Positions 9,406-17,536 of a stretch of DNA of 58,921 nt are shown here, piece after piece (the first letter of the stretch is position 1; each line of letters starts with the position of its first letter). Source of the stretch: a virus (Duplodnaviria > Caudoviricetes). Made by a program: the position numbers and the translations under genes. Under the pieces are notes generated by a model that did not search any database, had not been told where the DNA came from, and saw nothing but the letters and a program-made list of their open reading frames with translations. The DNA lies in the IMG/VR virus record IMGVR_UViG_3300049793_000053, positions 1 through 58,921 of that record, one strand, 5' to 3'.

Positions 9406-9681
9406 GGAGAGCACCATCGCGCGCTCGCGCGCGTCGTTCAGGATCGAGCTCGAGCTCGCGGCGATCGCCGGATCGCGCGGTTCGGGTGGCACGTGCGCGC
9501 GCCGCGTCGGATCCCGCGATGGTGGCAGTGGTCGGCGTCGCTCGCCGCGGCGATTGCCGGCGACGTCGTTGCCGCCGGCGTCGTGCGACGCGGCAAGCTC
9601 GCGGCATGGCCGCCGAACGCGGACCACTACGCCGCTCGCGTGAAACTCGACGCCGCGGCGTAGTTCGCGGATCCTGCCGCG

Positions 9682-11412
9682 ATGGCAGCGATCGCGCGGT
9701 TTGAAAAGCACGGCACGTTCCACAAGGTGTCCGGATCGATGGCGTACGGATGGGCGTTCGCCTCGACGTACAAGGGAAAGCCGTATTTCGACACCGGCGA
9801 CGGCGAGCACAGCGATCACATTCCCGAGGATGGTGTCGCCGACGTCGCACAGCTTTTCATGGAGCAAAGCCGCGTCGGGCTCGACATGCACAGCGGCGAG
9901 CAAGCGGCCGACGTCGTGTTCGCGTACCCGATGATCTCGGACATCGCGAAGGGCGTCGGGCTCAACGGCGATACGACCGGGCTGCTGATCGGCTGGTCGC
10001 CTCACGACAAGGCGCTGCTCGAGAAAGTCGCGAGCGGCGAGCGGATCGGGTTCTCGATCGGCGGCCTCGTCAACAGCTACGACATCGTCGACGTCGACGG
10101 CAACGTGATCGAGTCGATCAACCTGAAGTCGAACGCCGGTGCGCGGTTCGCGATGTTCGGCAAGGAGTCGGCCTACTACGACGGCGGCCCGAACATGAAG
10201 CGTCGGGTGTTTCGCTCGTGGAAGCTCTCGGAGATCTCGCTCGTCGATCGGCCGATGCAAGCACCGGCGCTCGTTGGCATCGTCAAGGGCCTGTCGGGCG
10301 CCAAGGTCGGATCGATGCGGAAGATCCGCACGCTCGCGCGCGCGGCCGCTATCGCGAAGTCGTCGATGTTGACCACGGCCGACGAGGGCCATCAGCATCT
10401 GATCGATCCGACGTGCTGTGACGAAAGCGGCGCGGGCAACACGGAGGGCGCGCTCAAGCCGGGCGACGACTGGGATCACTCGCACGCGTGGGTGCGTGAT
10501 CCGTCGACGGGCGCGATCACGATCGCGACGAACGACGGCCACTCGCACACGATCGAAGCGACGGCAAACCCGGCGCCGAGCGATGGAACGGTCGTGATCG
10601 CGATGCGGGAAAATTTGCCGCCGGCGCAAGAGATCGCTAGCGTCGACACCATGGCCGACGTCAAGAACGATCAGAACGCGAACGAGCTCGCCGATCTCCG
10701 CAAGTCGCGGGACGGTTGGCGCACGATGACGGACGCGCATCGCGCGCATGTCGCGAAGCTCTCGACCGAGGATCGTGACGCGTTCGTGCTGTCGACGCCG
10801 GCGCAGCGCAACGAGACGATCAAGGCGGCACTCGAGGCCGACCCCGTGGTCTACACCTCCGAGCGCACGAAAAAGGCGTACCGCGCGAGCGAGCAGTCGC
10901 TCGCCGACATGGCGAAGGAGAATGACGCGAACGCCATCGAGCTCGCCAAGGCGCGCACCGAGCGCGACGAAGCGCGCTACGCGAAGATCGCCGCGGACTC
11001 GTTCGGCGGCATCGCGCTCGTCGTCGAGAAGGGCAAGCACGACGATCGCCTCGCGCTCGCCAAGGCGATCCACACGATCACCGACGAGGCGCAGCGCGAT
11101 CGGATCTTCCTCGCGATCAAGGGCGCCGCGTCGGCGCTCGACGACGAAGGCAACCCGCACGGCGTCGGCGCCGACAACACCCCGCCCGGCGAGGACGAGG
11201 ACGACAAGCCGGCCGAGCCGACCACGCGCAAGAGCGGCGGCAAGAACCCGCACCGCGTCGAGTTGCAGAAGCGCGTTGCGGCGCACATGACCGCGAACAA
11301 GGTCGGCCGCGAGATCGCGACGGCCGCGCTGCTGAAGGAGGACGACGACTGCAAGGTCCTCTATCAGAAGGTCAAGGACTGGGATCGCGCGCACGCGCCG
11401 CGGCAGAACTAG
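9682..11412 (+). CDS. Prohead protease fused to scaffold (XkdF-like N-terminus)
   Basis: LDMH, GFSIGG and EISLVDRP protease motifs; helical C-terminal half; lies upstream of the capsid genes. Confidence 0.82.
   Translation: MAAIARFEKHGTFHKVSGSMAYGWAFASTYKGKPYFDTGDGEHSDHIPEDGVADVAQLFMEQSRVGLDMHSGEQAADVVFAYPMISDIAKGVGLNGDTTGLLIGWSPHDKALLEKVASGERIGFSIGGLVNSYDIVDVDGNVIESINLKSNAGARFAMFGKESAYYDGGPNMKRRVFRSWKLSEISLVDRPMQAPALVGIVKGLSGAKVGSMRKIRTLARAAAIAKSSMLTTADEGHQHLIDPTCCDESGAGNTEGALKPGDDWDHSHAWVRDPSTGAITIATNDGHSHTIEATANPAPSDGTVVIAMRENLPPAQEIASVDTMADVKNDQNANELADLRKSRDGWRTMTDAHRAHVAKLSTEDRDAFVLSTPAQRNETIKAALEADPVVYTSERTKKAYRASEQSLADMAKENDANAIELAKARTERDEARYAKIAADSFGGIALVVEKGKHDDRLALAKAIHTITDEAQRDRIFLAIKGAASALDDEGNPHGVGADNTPPGEDEDDKPAEPTTRKSGGKNPHRVELQKRVAAHMTANKVGREIATAALLKEDDDCKVLYQKVKDWDRAHAPRQN
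10651..11412 (+). CDS. Putative nested in-frame scaffold protein
   Basis: In-frame ATG (MADVKNDQ) preceded by TTGCCG-N17-TAGCGT-N7-ATG. Confidence 0.55.
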   Translation: MADVKNDQNANELADLRKSRDGWRTMTDAHRAHVAKLSTEDRDAFVLSTPAQRNETIKAALEADPVVYTSERTKKAYRASEQSLADMAKENDANAIELAKARTERDEARYAKIAADSFGGIALVVEKGKHDDRLALAKAIHTITDEAQRDRIFLAIKGAASALDDEGNPHGVGADNTPPGEDEDDKPAEPTTRKSGGKNPHRVELQKRVAAHMTANKVGREIATAALLKEDDDCKVLYQKVKDWDRAHAPRQN

Positions 11413-11480
11413 CCGCAACCTCGACGACGATCACGACCTAACCCCGACGACGAATCACTCGAGCTACCAGGAGAATCCCA

Positions 11481-12470
11481 ATGAGCGCCAACGGACGTGC
11501 ACCACTTTCCATTCCGGCATCGGCCGATCTCTCGGCCTCGGAATTCTGCGGGGTGATCTCCGGCGTCAACGGGCTCGCACTGCCGGCCGCCGGCGGTTCG
11601 ATCATCGGGGTTCTCTACTCGAAGCCGAACGCGATCGGCAAGCCGGGGCTCGTTCGCAGCACGCCCGGTGATCGCCTCGAGATCAAGGCCGGCGGCACCA
11701 TCGCGCGCGGCGACGATCTCAAGGTCCAGGCCGACGGCACGTTCATCACGTGCGTCGCCGGCGACGTCGCGGCCGGCAAGCGCGTCGGCATCTGTTGGGA
11801 TGCCGCGACCGTCGGCAACCGCGGGTCGATGATCTTCCTCGGCGCGGCCGGTGCGACCGTGTCGACGAGCGGACAGGAGATCGTCGCGACCGGCGCGCTC
11901 GGTGCGGCGTTCGCGACGTCGTACCTCAACATCGTCGGCACGAAGGCGTACGTGTTGCCCGACGGACTGTTCGTCGGACAGCAGCACATCGTCGAGGTGC
12001 AGACCGCGACGACCACGCCGATCGGCACGCTCACCGTCACCACGCCGTACACCGGCGAGGCCGCGACGCACATCCTCAAGGCCGTCAAGCAGCGGCTCAC
12101 GTTCGTGTGGATGTTCGACGGTGCGGTCACCGGATGGCACTTGCTCGCCAAGCAGCGCGGCGGAAAGTCGACGTACATCGTCGCGACCGACTCGTTTGTC
12201 GGCAACAGCGACAAGTCGATCGACCTGTCGATCGCCGGTACCAAGACCGGCGCGCTCCCCAACGGCGGCGCGGTCGGCGAGGTCATCGTGATCTCGATCT
12301 CGTCGGCGACCGCGACCCCGGTCGGCAACCTGACCGGCCTCTACCGCACCAAGTTCGGCGTCGCGGCGACGAACCTCACCGGCCTCGACGCAACGACCGA
12401 CTTCGCGGTGCTCGAGTGGGACGGTGCCGCGTGGTGCGAGCTCAACTCGACCGGCGTGACCTTCGCCTGA
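11481..12470 (+). CDS. Capsid decoration/cement protein with C-terminal extension
   Basis: AGGAG SD; N-terminus with 'KAGGTIARGDDL' resembles DUF2190-like decoration proteins; precedes the major capsid gene. Confidence 0.65.
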   Translation: MSANGRAPLSIPASADLSASEFCGVISGVNGLALPAAGGSIIGVLYSKPNAIGKPGLVRSTPGDRLEIKAGGTIARGDDLKVQADGTFITCVAGDVAAGKRVGICWDAATVGNRGSMIFLGAAGATVSTSGQEIVATGALGAAFATSYLNIVGTKAYVLPDGLFVGQQHIVEVQTATTTPIGTLTVTTPYTGEAATHILKAVKQRLTFVWMFDGAVTGWHLLAKQRGGKSTYIVATDSFVGNSDKSIDLSIAGTKTGALPNGGAVGEVIVISISSATATPVGNLTGLYRTKFGVAATNLTGLDATTDFAVLEWDGAAWCELNSTGVTFA

Positions 12471-12478
12471 TCTATCGT

Positions 12479-12505
12479 CGGCGGCTTGACCGGCCGCCGT
12501 TTGTT
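12479..12505 (+). terminator. Hairpin with weak U-tract between decoration and capsid genes
   Basis: CGGCGGC-TTGACCG-GCCGCCG-TTTGTT. Confidence 0.45.
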
Positions 12506-12546
12506 CCTGCTTTCTCGACGACGAATTCTCACAAGGACCATTGAAA

Positions 12547-13596
12547 ATGTCTCAGCGTAATCGCGGCAGCTACATCGAGGCGGTTCAGAAGGGCGGCCTT
12601 CCGGATCAGATCGATGTCTACCTACAGCCCGAGCTGACCGACATCTCCGTCGCGTACACGATCCAGAATCAGCAGGATTTCGTGCACGACGTGTTCGGTC
12701 CGGTGCCCGTCGCCAAGCAGGCCGGCAAGTACCGCCGCTACAAGCCGGGTTCCTTCATGCGGAACAAGATGGAAAAGCGCGCCGATGGCGCGGAGTCCGT
12801 CGGTTCCGGCTTCGAGACGGATCTGCTGTCCTATGACACGGACGTGTGGGCGTGGCACATCGACATCGGTCCGCAGATGCGCGCGAACGCCATCGGCAAT
12901 ACCGACGTCGAGACGGCCGCGGCCGAGCTCTGCGCGAACGCGGCGATGATCAACGCCGAGGTCGAGTGGCTCAACGCGTACTTCAAGACCGGCATCTGGT
13001 CGACCGAGTACACGTTCGCGGCCGCGCCCATCGGTGCGCAGAAGTTGTCGTTGAAGGACGACGCTTCTGATCCGATCGCGATCATGCGCGCGGCGCTCGC
13101 CGAGCAGAAGCCGCGCGCGGCCGGCTACCGCTGCAACGTGTGCGTGATGTCGAACGACGTGTGGGAGCGGCTGCTCGTCCACCCGAAGCTCCGCACGCTG
13201 TGGGGCACCGGACAGACCCCGGGCGGTCCCGCGATGGGCAATCCGCAGGTCGTGCGCCGGCAGCTCGCCGAGTACCTCGAGATCGACGAGATCCGCGTCG
13301 CGGCCGCGGTCTACACGACGAGCGCGGATGGTGCCGGCGCCGAGACGTTCGGCTACATGGCGCCGACCGGCGTCGGGTTCTTCTACCGTCCGGCGCGGCC
13401 GTCGACGCTCACGCCGGCCGCCGGCTACACGTTCAACTGGACTGGCTACCTCGGTGCCGGCAGCAACGGCAGCGTGATCACGCGCGAGGTGATTCCGTTG
13501 ACGAAGGGCGCACAGCGCTACGAGATCGAGCGCGCCTACGGCTACGGGCTCGTCGCGCCGGACTGCGGCATCTGGTTCCAGAATCCGCTGGCCTGA
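12547..13596 (+). CDS. Major capsid protein
   Basis: About 350 aa; 'LTDISVAY..Q..FV..VFGPVPVAKQAGKY', 'SDPI', 'AAGYTFNW' are typical of this HK97-fold capsid family; AAGGA SD. Confidence 0.85.
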   Translation: MSQRNRGSYIEAVQKGGLPDQIDVYLQPELTDISVAYTIQNQQDFVHDVFGPVPVAKQAGKYRRYKPGSFMRNKMEKRADGAESVGSGFETDLLSYDTDVWAWHIDIGPQMRANAIGNTDVETAAAELCANAAMINAEVEWLNAYFKTGIWSTEYTFAAAPIGAQKLSLKDDASDPIAIMRAALAEQKPRAAGYRCNVCVMSNDVWERLLVHPKLRTLWGTGQTPGGPAMGNPQVVRRQLAEYLEIDEIRVAAAVYTTSADGAGAETFGYMAPTGVGFFYRPARPSTLTPAAGYTFNWTGYLGAGSNGSVITREVIPLTKGAQRYEIERAYGYGLVAPDCGIWFQNPLA

Positions 13597-13622
13597 TCGA
13601 CAACCATCCTCGAGGAGCGACG

Positions 13623-13650
13623 CGGCCCCACTTGGGGCCGTTGCCGTTTT
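13623..13650 (+). terminator. Probable intrinsic terminator after the capsid gene
   Basis: CGGCCCC-ACTT-GGGGCCG followed by TTGCCGTTTT. Confidence 0.55.
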
Positions 13651-13667
13651 CGGGTACCGTGGTCGAC

Positions 13668-14039
13668 ATGGCAACCAACAAGGCACAGAACTACTCTCCC
13701 GAGACGGGCGCGCACGCACTCGTCGATCTCCGTCTCAACAGCCTCGACTATCTCGCCGGCGAGGAGATCGACGCGACGACGATTCCCGACGCCGACCTCC
13801 GGCAAATGTGGGCGGCGAACCGTGTCGGCTTCGGCAAGCCGTCGCAGAACCTCGTTGCGCGGCTCAAGCTCCGCAGCAAGGAGCTCGCCGAGGTGCACCG
13901 CACGAACAAGCAGCGACTCGCCGACGCGGCGCAGGCGCAGAAGGAAGCCGACGATCTCGAGCTCGCCGAGATGGAGCGCTACGCGCGCGCGAACGGCCAG
14001 CTCGGCGAGAGCGGCGAGGCCGGAGCACCCCAGGCGTGA
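13668..14039 (+). CDS. Hypothetical virion-associated protein
   Basis: MATNKAQNYSPE...; follows the capsid gene. Confidence 0.6.
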   Translation: MATNKAQNYSPETGAHALVDLRLNSLDYLAGEEIDATTIPDADLRQMWAANRVGFGKPSQNLVARLKLRSKELAEVHRTNKQRLADAAQAQKEADDLELAEMERYARANGQLGESGEAGAPQA

Positions 14040-14500
14040 GCGACGCGGTCGCCATCGTCGCGGGTATCGCTGCGTTCGTGCAGCGACAGCGCGACGCGTT
14101 GGCGATCGAGATCGTCGCCGAGCTCCAACGACGGCCGCCGAGCGGCACGCCCGTCAGAACGGGCTACGCGCGCGCCATGTGGGTACCCATCCTCGGACAG
14201 CCGCAGCTCGCTACCGTGCGACTGCCGACAAGCGGGACGGCACAGCAGCGACGCGCGGTGCAGCAGTCGGCGGCCGTGAGCGCGGCCGCGCGACAGCAAG
14301 CGGCGATCGCGCGGCTGCTCGCGACCGGACCGAGCAACCCGACGGTGAGCGCGCACGTGTACAACCCGGCGCCGTACGTGAACCGGCTCAACGACCCCGG
14401 GCACTCGCCGCAGTCACCGGCCGGCTGGGTCGAGCGATCGGTCGCGCGCGCCGTGGTCGCTCGCCGCACGGCAATGGCGCGCATCCTCACCGTGTTGTAG
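14036..14500 (+). CDS. Neck/tail-completion protein (HK97 gp10-like)
   Basis: TPVRTGYARAMW; VYNPAPYVNRLN..GHSPQSPAGWVE. Confidence 0.78.
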   Translation: MSDAVAIVAGIAAFVQRQRDALAIEIVAELQRRPPSGTPVRTGYARAMWVPILGQPQLATVRLPTSGTAQQRRAVQQSAAVSAAARQQAAIARLLATGPSNPTVSAHVYNPAPYVNRLNDPGHSPQSPAGWVERSVARAVVARRTAMARILTVL

Positions 14501-14509
14501 CGTCGTCGG

Positions 14510-14983
14510 GTGACCCCCGACGGTGCGAACGATGCGATCGTGATCGAGCTGCTTGCCAACTGGCCAGCGGCCGCGGCCGCGGCGCTCGGCGCGGTCTATC
14601 CCGTCGCCGGCGTGCCGGTGTTTCTCGAGGACGAAAACCAGGCCGAGCCGAATCCCGGCACGCCCTACGTCTACGTTTCGATCGAGCACGGCATCGCGAT
14701 CCGTTGGACGATGGGGCGCAACGCCAAGTTTGGCACCGACGGAACGATCTACATCAAACTCGCGTGGCCGATGGCGGGGGGCAACGGGTTCCCCGACGGT
14801 AGCGCGTGGCTGTTGAAGCTCGCGGCCGCGATCAAGAACGCGATCAGCGTCCGGCAGCTCGCCGCGGGCGCCGGCGAGGACGGTGTGACGGTGCAGGCCG
14901 CATCGATCTCGGCGGCCGCGCAGGACGGCGCGTACTGGATTTTGGCGGTCACGCTGCCGTTCCAATACACTGAGATCCGCTAG
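14510..14983 (+). CDS. Probable tail terminator protein
   Basis: Lies between neck and tail tube genes; C-terminal 'YWILAVTLPFQY'. Confidence 0.65.
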   Translation: MTPDGANDAIVIELLANWPAAAAAALGAVYPVAGVPVFLEDENQAEPNPGTPYVYVSIEHGIAIRWTMGRNAKFGTDGTIYIKLAWPMAGGNGFPDGSAWLLKLAAAIKNAISVRQLAAGAGEDGVTVQAASISAAAQDGAYWILAVTLPFQYTEIR

Positions 14984-15014
14984 TCACCCTACGCCCTCGC
15001 CGGAGATCTGAACC

Positions 15015-16499
15015 ATGCGCACGCTTAGCGAAGCAACCGTTTTCCAGTCCGTGATCGAGTCGGCGTTCATGACGCCCGGCACGACGCTGTGGCGACAGCA
15101 TCAGCCGAACGATCTACAGAAATTCGGCGCGGCGTTCAAAAAGATCAGCCGCAACCCCATCGGCGGAAACCGGCAGCTGCAAAAGGGTGACGTCGTCGAT
15201 CTCGAGGCCGCGACCGAGTGGACATGCGATCTCACGAAGGATCTCGTTGATCACTTCGTCGAGGGGATCATGCTCGCGTCGAGCAAGCAGAACGGCGGAT
15301 CCGGCACGTGGCAGTTTCGGCCGACCGCGTACACCGCGACGACGATCACCGTTCCCGCCGGCGGCGCGCTGCCGCAGTACACGTTGATCTACGGCCGCGG
15401 CGCGTTGCAGGCCGCGAACAACGGGCTTCGGCAGGTCGGCGCAGCCTCGACGGGCGTCTCGATCATCACGACCGGCGGCGCGGTCGAAGCGGTGTCGGGC
15501 TACCTCGCGACCGTCGAAGTTGCCGGCTATCGCGCGAGCGTTGCGGCTGACATCCAGATGGACGCGTCGGGCAACATCATCGGCACCGTCGCCAACTTCA
15601 CGACGATGGGCCTGTTCGTCGGCCAATGGATCTGGGTCGGCGGCATCCTCGGCGGCTCGAACGCATTCGCGAACGCGTCCTATCGCGGCTTCGCACAGAT
15701 CGCCGCGATCGCGACCGGCAAGATCACGCTCGCGCGGCGGTCGTGGACCGTCGGCGCGGCCGACACCGCGACCGGCAAGTCGATCGATCTCTACTTCGGT
15801 CGATGGTGCCGCAACACCTCGGCGCAGTCGGGTGACTACAAGGAGACGAGCTACACGTTCGAGACGACCTACGCGACGCTCACCGCAGGCGGCGCGGCCG
15901 AGTACGAATACAGCGAGGGGAACTATCTCTCGCAGATCGTGCTCAATCTCCCCGTCACCGACAAGGTGACGTGCGACATGACGTTCATCGGCGCGACGAC
16001 GATCGATCCGTCGACGACGCGACTGACCGGCGCGAGCACGGCCGACGCTCCGCTCGCGACTGCGATGGTGAACACGTCGACGAACATCGGGCGCGTGCGG
16101 ATCTCGAACACCGACGAGTCCGGGCTGTCGACGGATATCAAGTCGCTCAAGGTGACGCTCGCGAACAACGTCTCGCGCGAGCTCGTGATCGCGACGCTCG
16201 GCGCGCGCTTCATGAACGTCGGCGACTTCGTGGCGACCGTCGAGGGTGAGCTCCTGTTCACCTCCGATCTCGTGGTCACCGCGGTGCGTGACAACCGCAC
16301 GATCATGTTCGAGTGCTCGCTGCGCAACGGCGACGGCGGGTTCTTGATCGACATCCCGTCACTCACGCTCGACATGACCGACCGCAAGTTCACCGCGAAC
16401 ATGTCGGTGACGGTGCAGGCGAAGGCGACCGGGTTTCAGGACGCGCTCTACGGCTACACGTGCGGCATCACGGAGTTTCCGTTCCTGCCACCCGTCTGA
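15015..16499 (+). CDS. Major tail (tube) protein
   Basis: ISRNPI..RQ..KG..VDLEA, SYTFETTY, LANNVSR...LG; GGAG SD; lies before chaperones and tape measure. Confidence 0.8.
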   Translation: MRTLSEATVFQSVIESAFMTPGTTLWRQHQPNDLQKFGAAFKKISRNPIGGNRQLQKGDVVDLEAATEWTCDLTKDLVDHFVEGIMLASSKQNGGSGTWQFRPTAYTATTITVPAGGALPQYTLIYGRGALQAANNGLRQVGAASTGVSIITTGGAVEAVSGYLATVEVAGYRASVAADIQMDASGNIIGTVANFTTMGLFVGQWIWVGGILGGSNAFANASYRGFAQIAAIATGKITLARRSWTVGAADTATGKSIDLYFGRWCRNTSAQSGDYKETSYTFETTYATLTAGGAAEYEYSEGNYLSQIVLNLPVTDKVTCDMTFIGATTIDPSTTRLTGASTADAPLATAMVNTSTNIGRVRISNTDESGLSTDIKSLKVTLANNVSRELVIATLGARFMNVGDFVATVEGELLFTSDLVVTAVRDNRTIMFECSLRNGDGGFLIDIPSLTLDMTDRKFTANMSVTVQAKATGFQDALYGYTCGITEFPFLPPV

Positions 16500-16539
16500 T
16501 AGGCTGCGCGCTGGCCTAGCCAACGAGATCACCGTATGG

Positions 16540-16670
16540 TGGTCGAACGCCCCGAGGACAGCAATCCTCGGGGCGTCGTCCGTCGACCAGCGACGCCCGC
16601 GTCGCTTCGAGCAGCTCGTCGCCGTCGTTGCTGCAGCCGAGTCGGCGGCCGCCGGCAGTCAGCGACGCCG
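16540..16670 (+). ncRNA. Candidate structured small RNA or leader
   Basis: 12-bp stem ACGCCCCGAGGA/TCCTCGGGGCGT, further hairpins, upstream TGGCCT-N17-TATGGT. Confidence 0.35.
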
Positions 16671-16708
16671 CTTGTCAACACCCCGCGCGCGGGCGTAGCT
16701 TGGGCCTC

Positions 16709-17176
16709 ATGTCCTTTACCAGCTACAGCGCGCAAGACGTGCAGACCGAAGCCGTACCACTCGTCCTCGCATCGCTGCGCAACGTCGGGCGCGCGAAGCC
16801 TAACCCGATCGTGCATCTGCTGCACACCGGCACGACGAATCCGAAGTACATCGAGGCTGAGATCGCAGACGCCGACGACGCCCCGAGCGTCGGTGCGTCG
16901 TCCGGCGGCGACTTCGACATCGCGCGCGAGGAGGCCGCGACGGTGCGGCTGCGCAAGCGACTCGCGCTGCACGCGGTGCGCGGGCTCGAAGGCGTCTACC
17001 ACGACGACGGGCGCGAGGTCACCGGAACGCCGGCAGAGATCATGGAATTCTTGCTCGCGATCCCGAAGTTTGTCGTGTTGCAGATCCGCGGATGGTCCAA
17101 GGACCCCGTTAACTTCCAAGGCGACGCGCCGGCGCCGGCTACGCCGACGAACGTCGAGGGCGTCGCAAAAAAATAA
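16709..17176 (+). CDS. Tail assembly chaperone (gpG-like)
   Basis: Between tail tube and tape measure genes; ends GCA AAA AAA TAA. Confidence 0.75.
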   Translation: MSFTSYSAQDVQTEAVPLVLASLRNVGRAKPNPIVHLLHTGTTNPKYIEAEIADADDAPSVGASSGGDFDIAREEAATVRLRKRLALHAVRGLEGVYHDDGREVTGTPAEIMEFLLAIPKFVVLQIRGWSKDPVNFQGDAPAPATPTNVEGVAKK

Positions 17177-17535
17177 TCGCCCGGCTCGACTGGGAAGATC
17201 GCTACGCGAAACAGAAGTGGTCGATCGAAGCCGGGAAAGAAAAGCGCGCGCTCTACGGCGACGCCGCCCGGCCGTGGACGGCCGTCGAGCTCGAGCTCGA
17301 GCGCGGGAAAGTGATCCATCGTCTCGACGAGGGGACAACTATCCTGCGTCGAGCCTACGTGCAGTTGTCGACCGAGCGCTCCATCGGCTTCGGGTGCGTC
17401 GGTCCCATTCCTTGGACAGCGATCAACACGTGGTGTCAAACTAGCGGCTACACCGCCGCAACCCGCCGGCGTATCGAGGCCGTCGTCGAGCTCGTCGACG
17501 CCGACTACCTAGCTCGCGTGAACAAGACGAAGTGA
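17167..17535 (+). CDS. -1 frameshift extension of the tail chaperone (gpGT-like)
   Basis: Slippery A AAA AAA at 17167-17173; the -1 frame is open to 17535 and contains 'LSTERSIGFGCVGPIPWTAI'. Confidence 0.8.
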   Translation, partial: KKIIARLDWEDRYAKQKWSIEAGKEKRALYGDAARPWTAVELELERGKVIHRLDEGTTILRRAYVQLSTERSIGFGCVGPIPWTAINTWCQTSGYTAATRRRIEAVVELVDADYLARVNKTK

Positions 17536-17536
17536 C

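Noticed and set aside
9013-11418. Long antisense ORFs (801 aa here; also 25257-27479, 27849-29966, 43986-45578)
   Set aside because: These are shadow frames of high-GC genes: Arg-rich, without motifs, and fully overlapping well-supported genes on the other strand.
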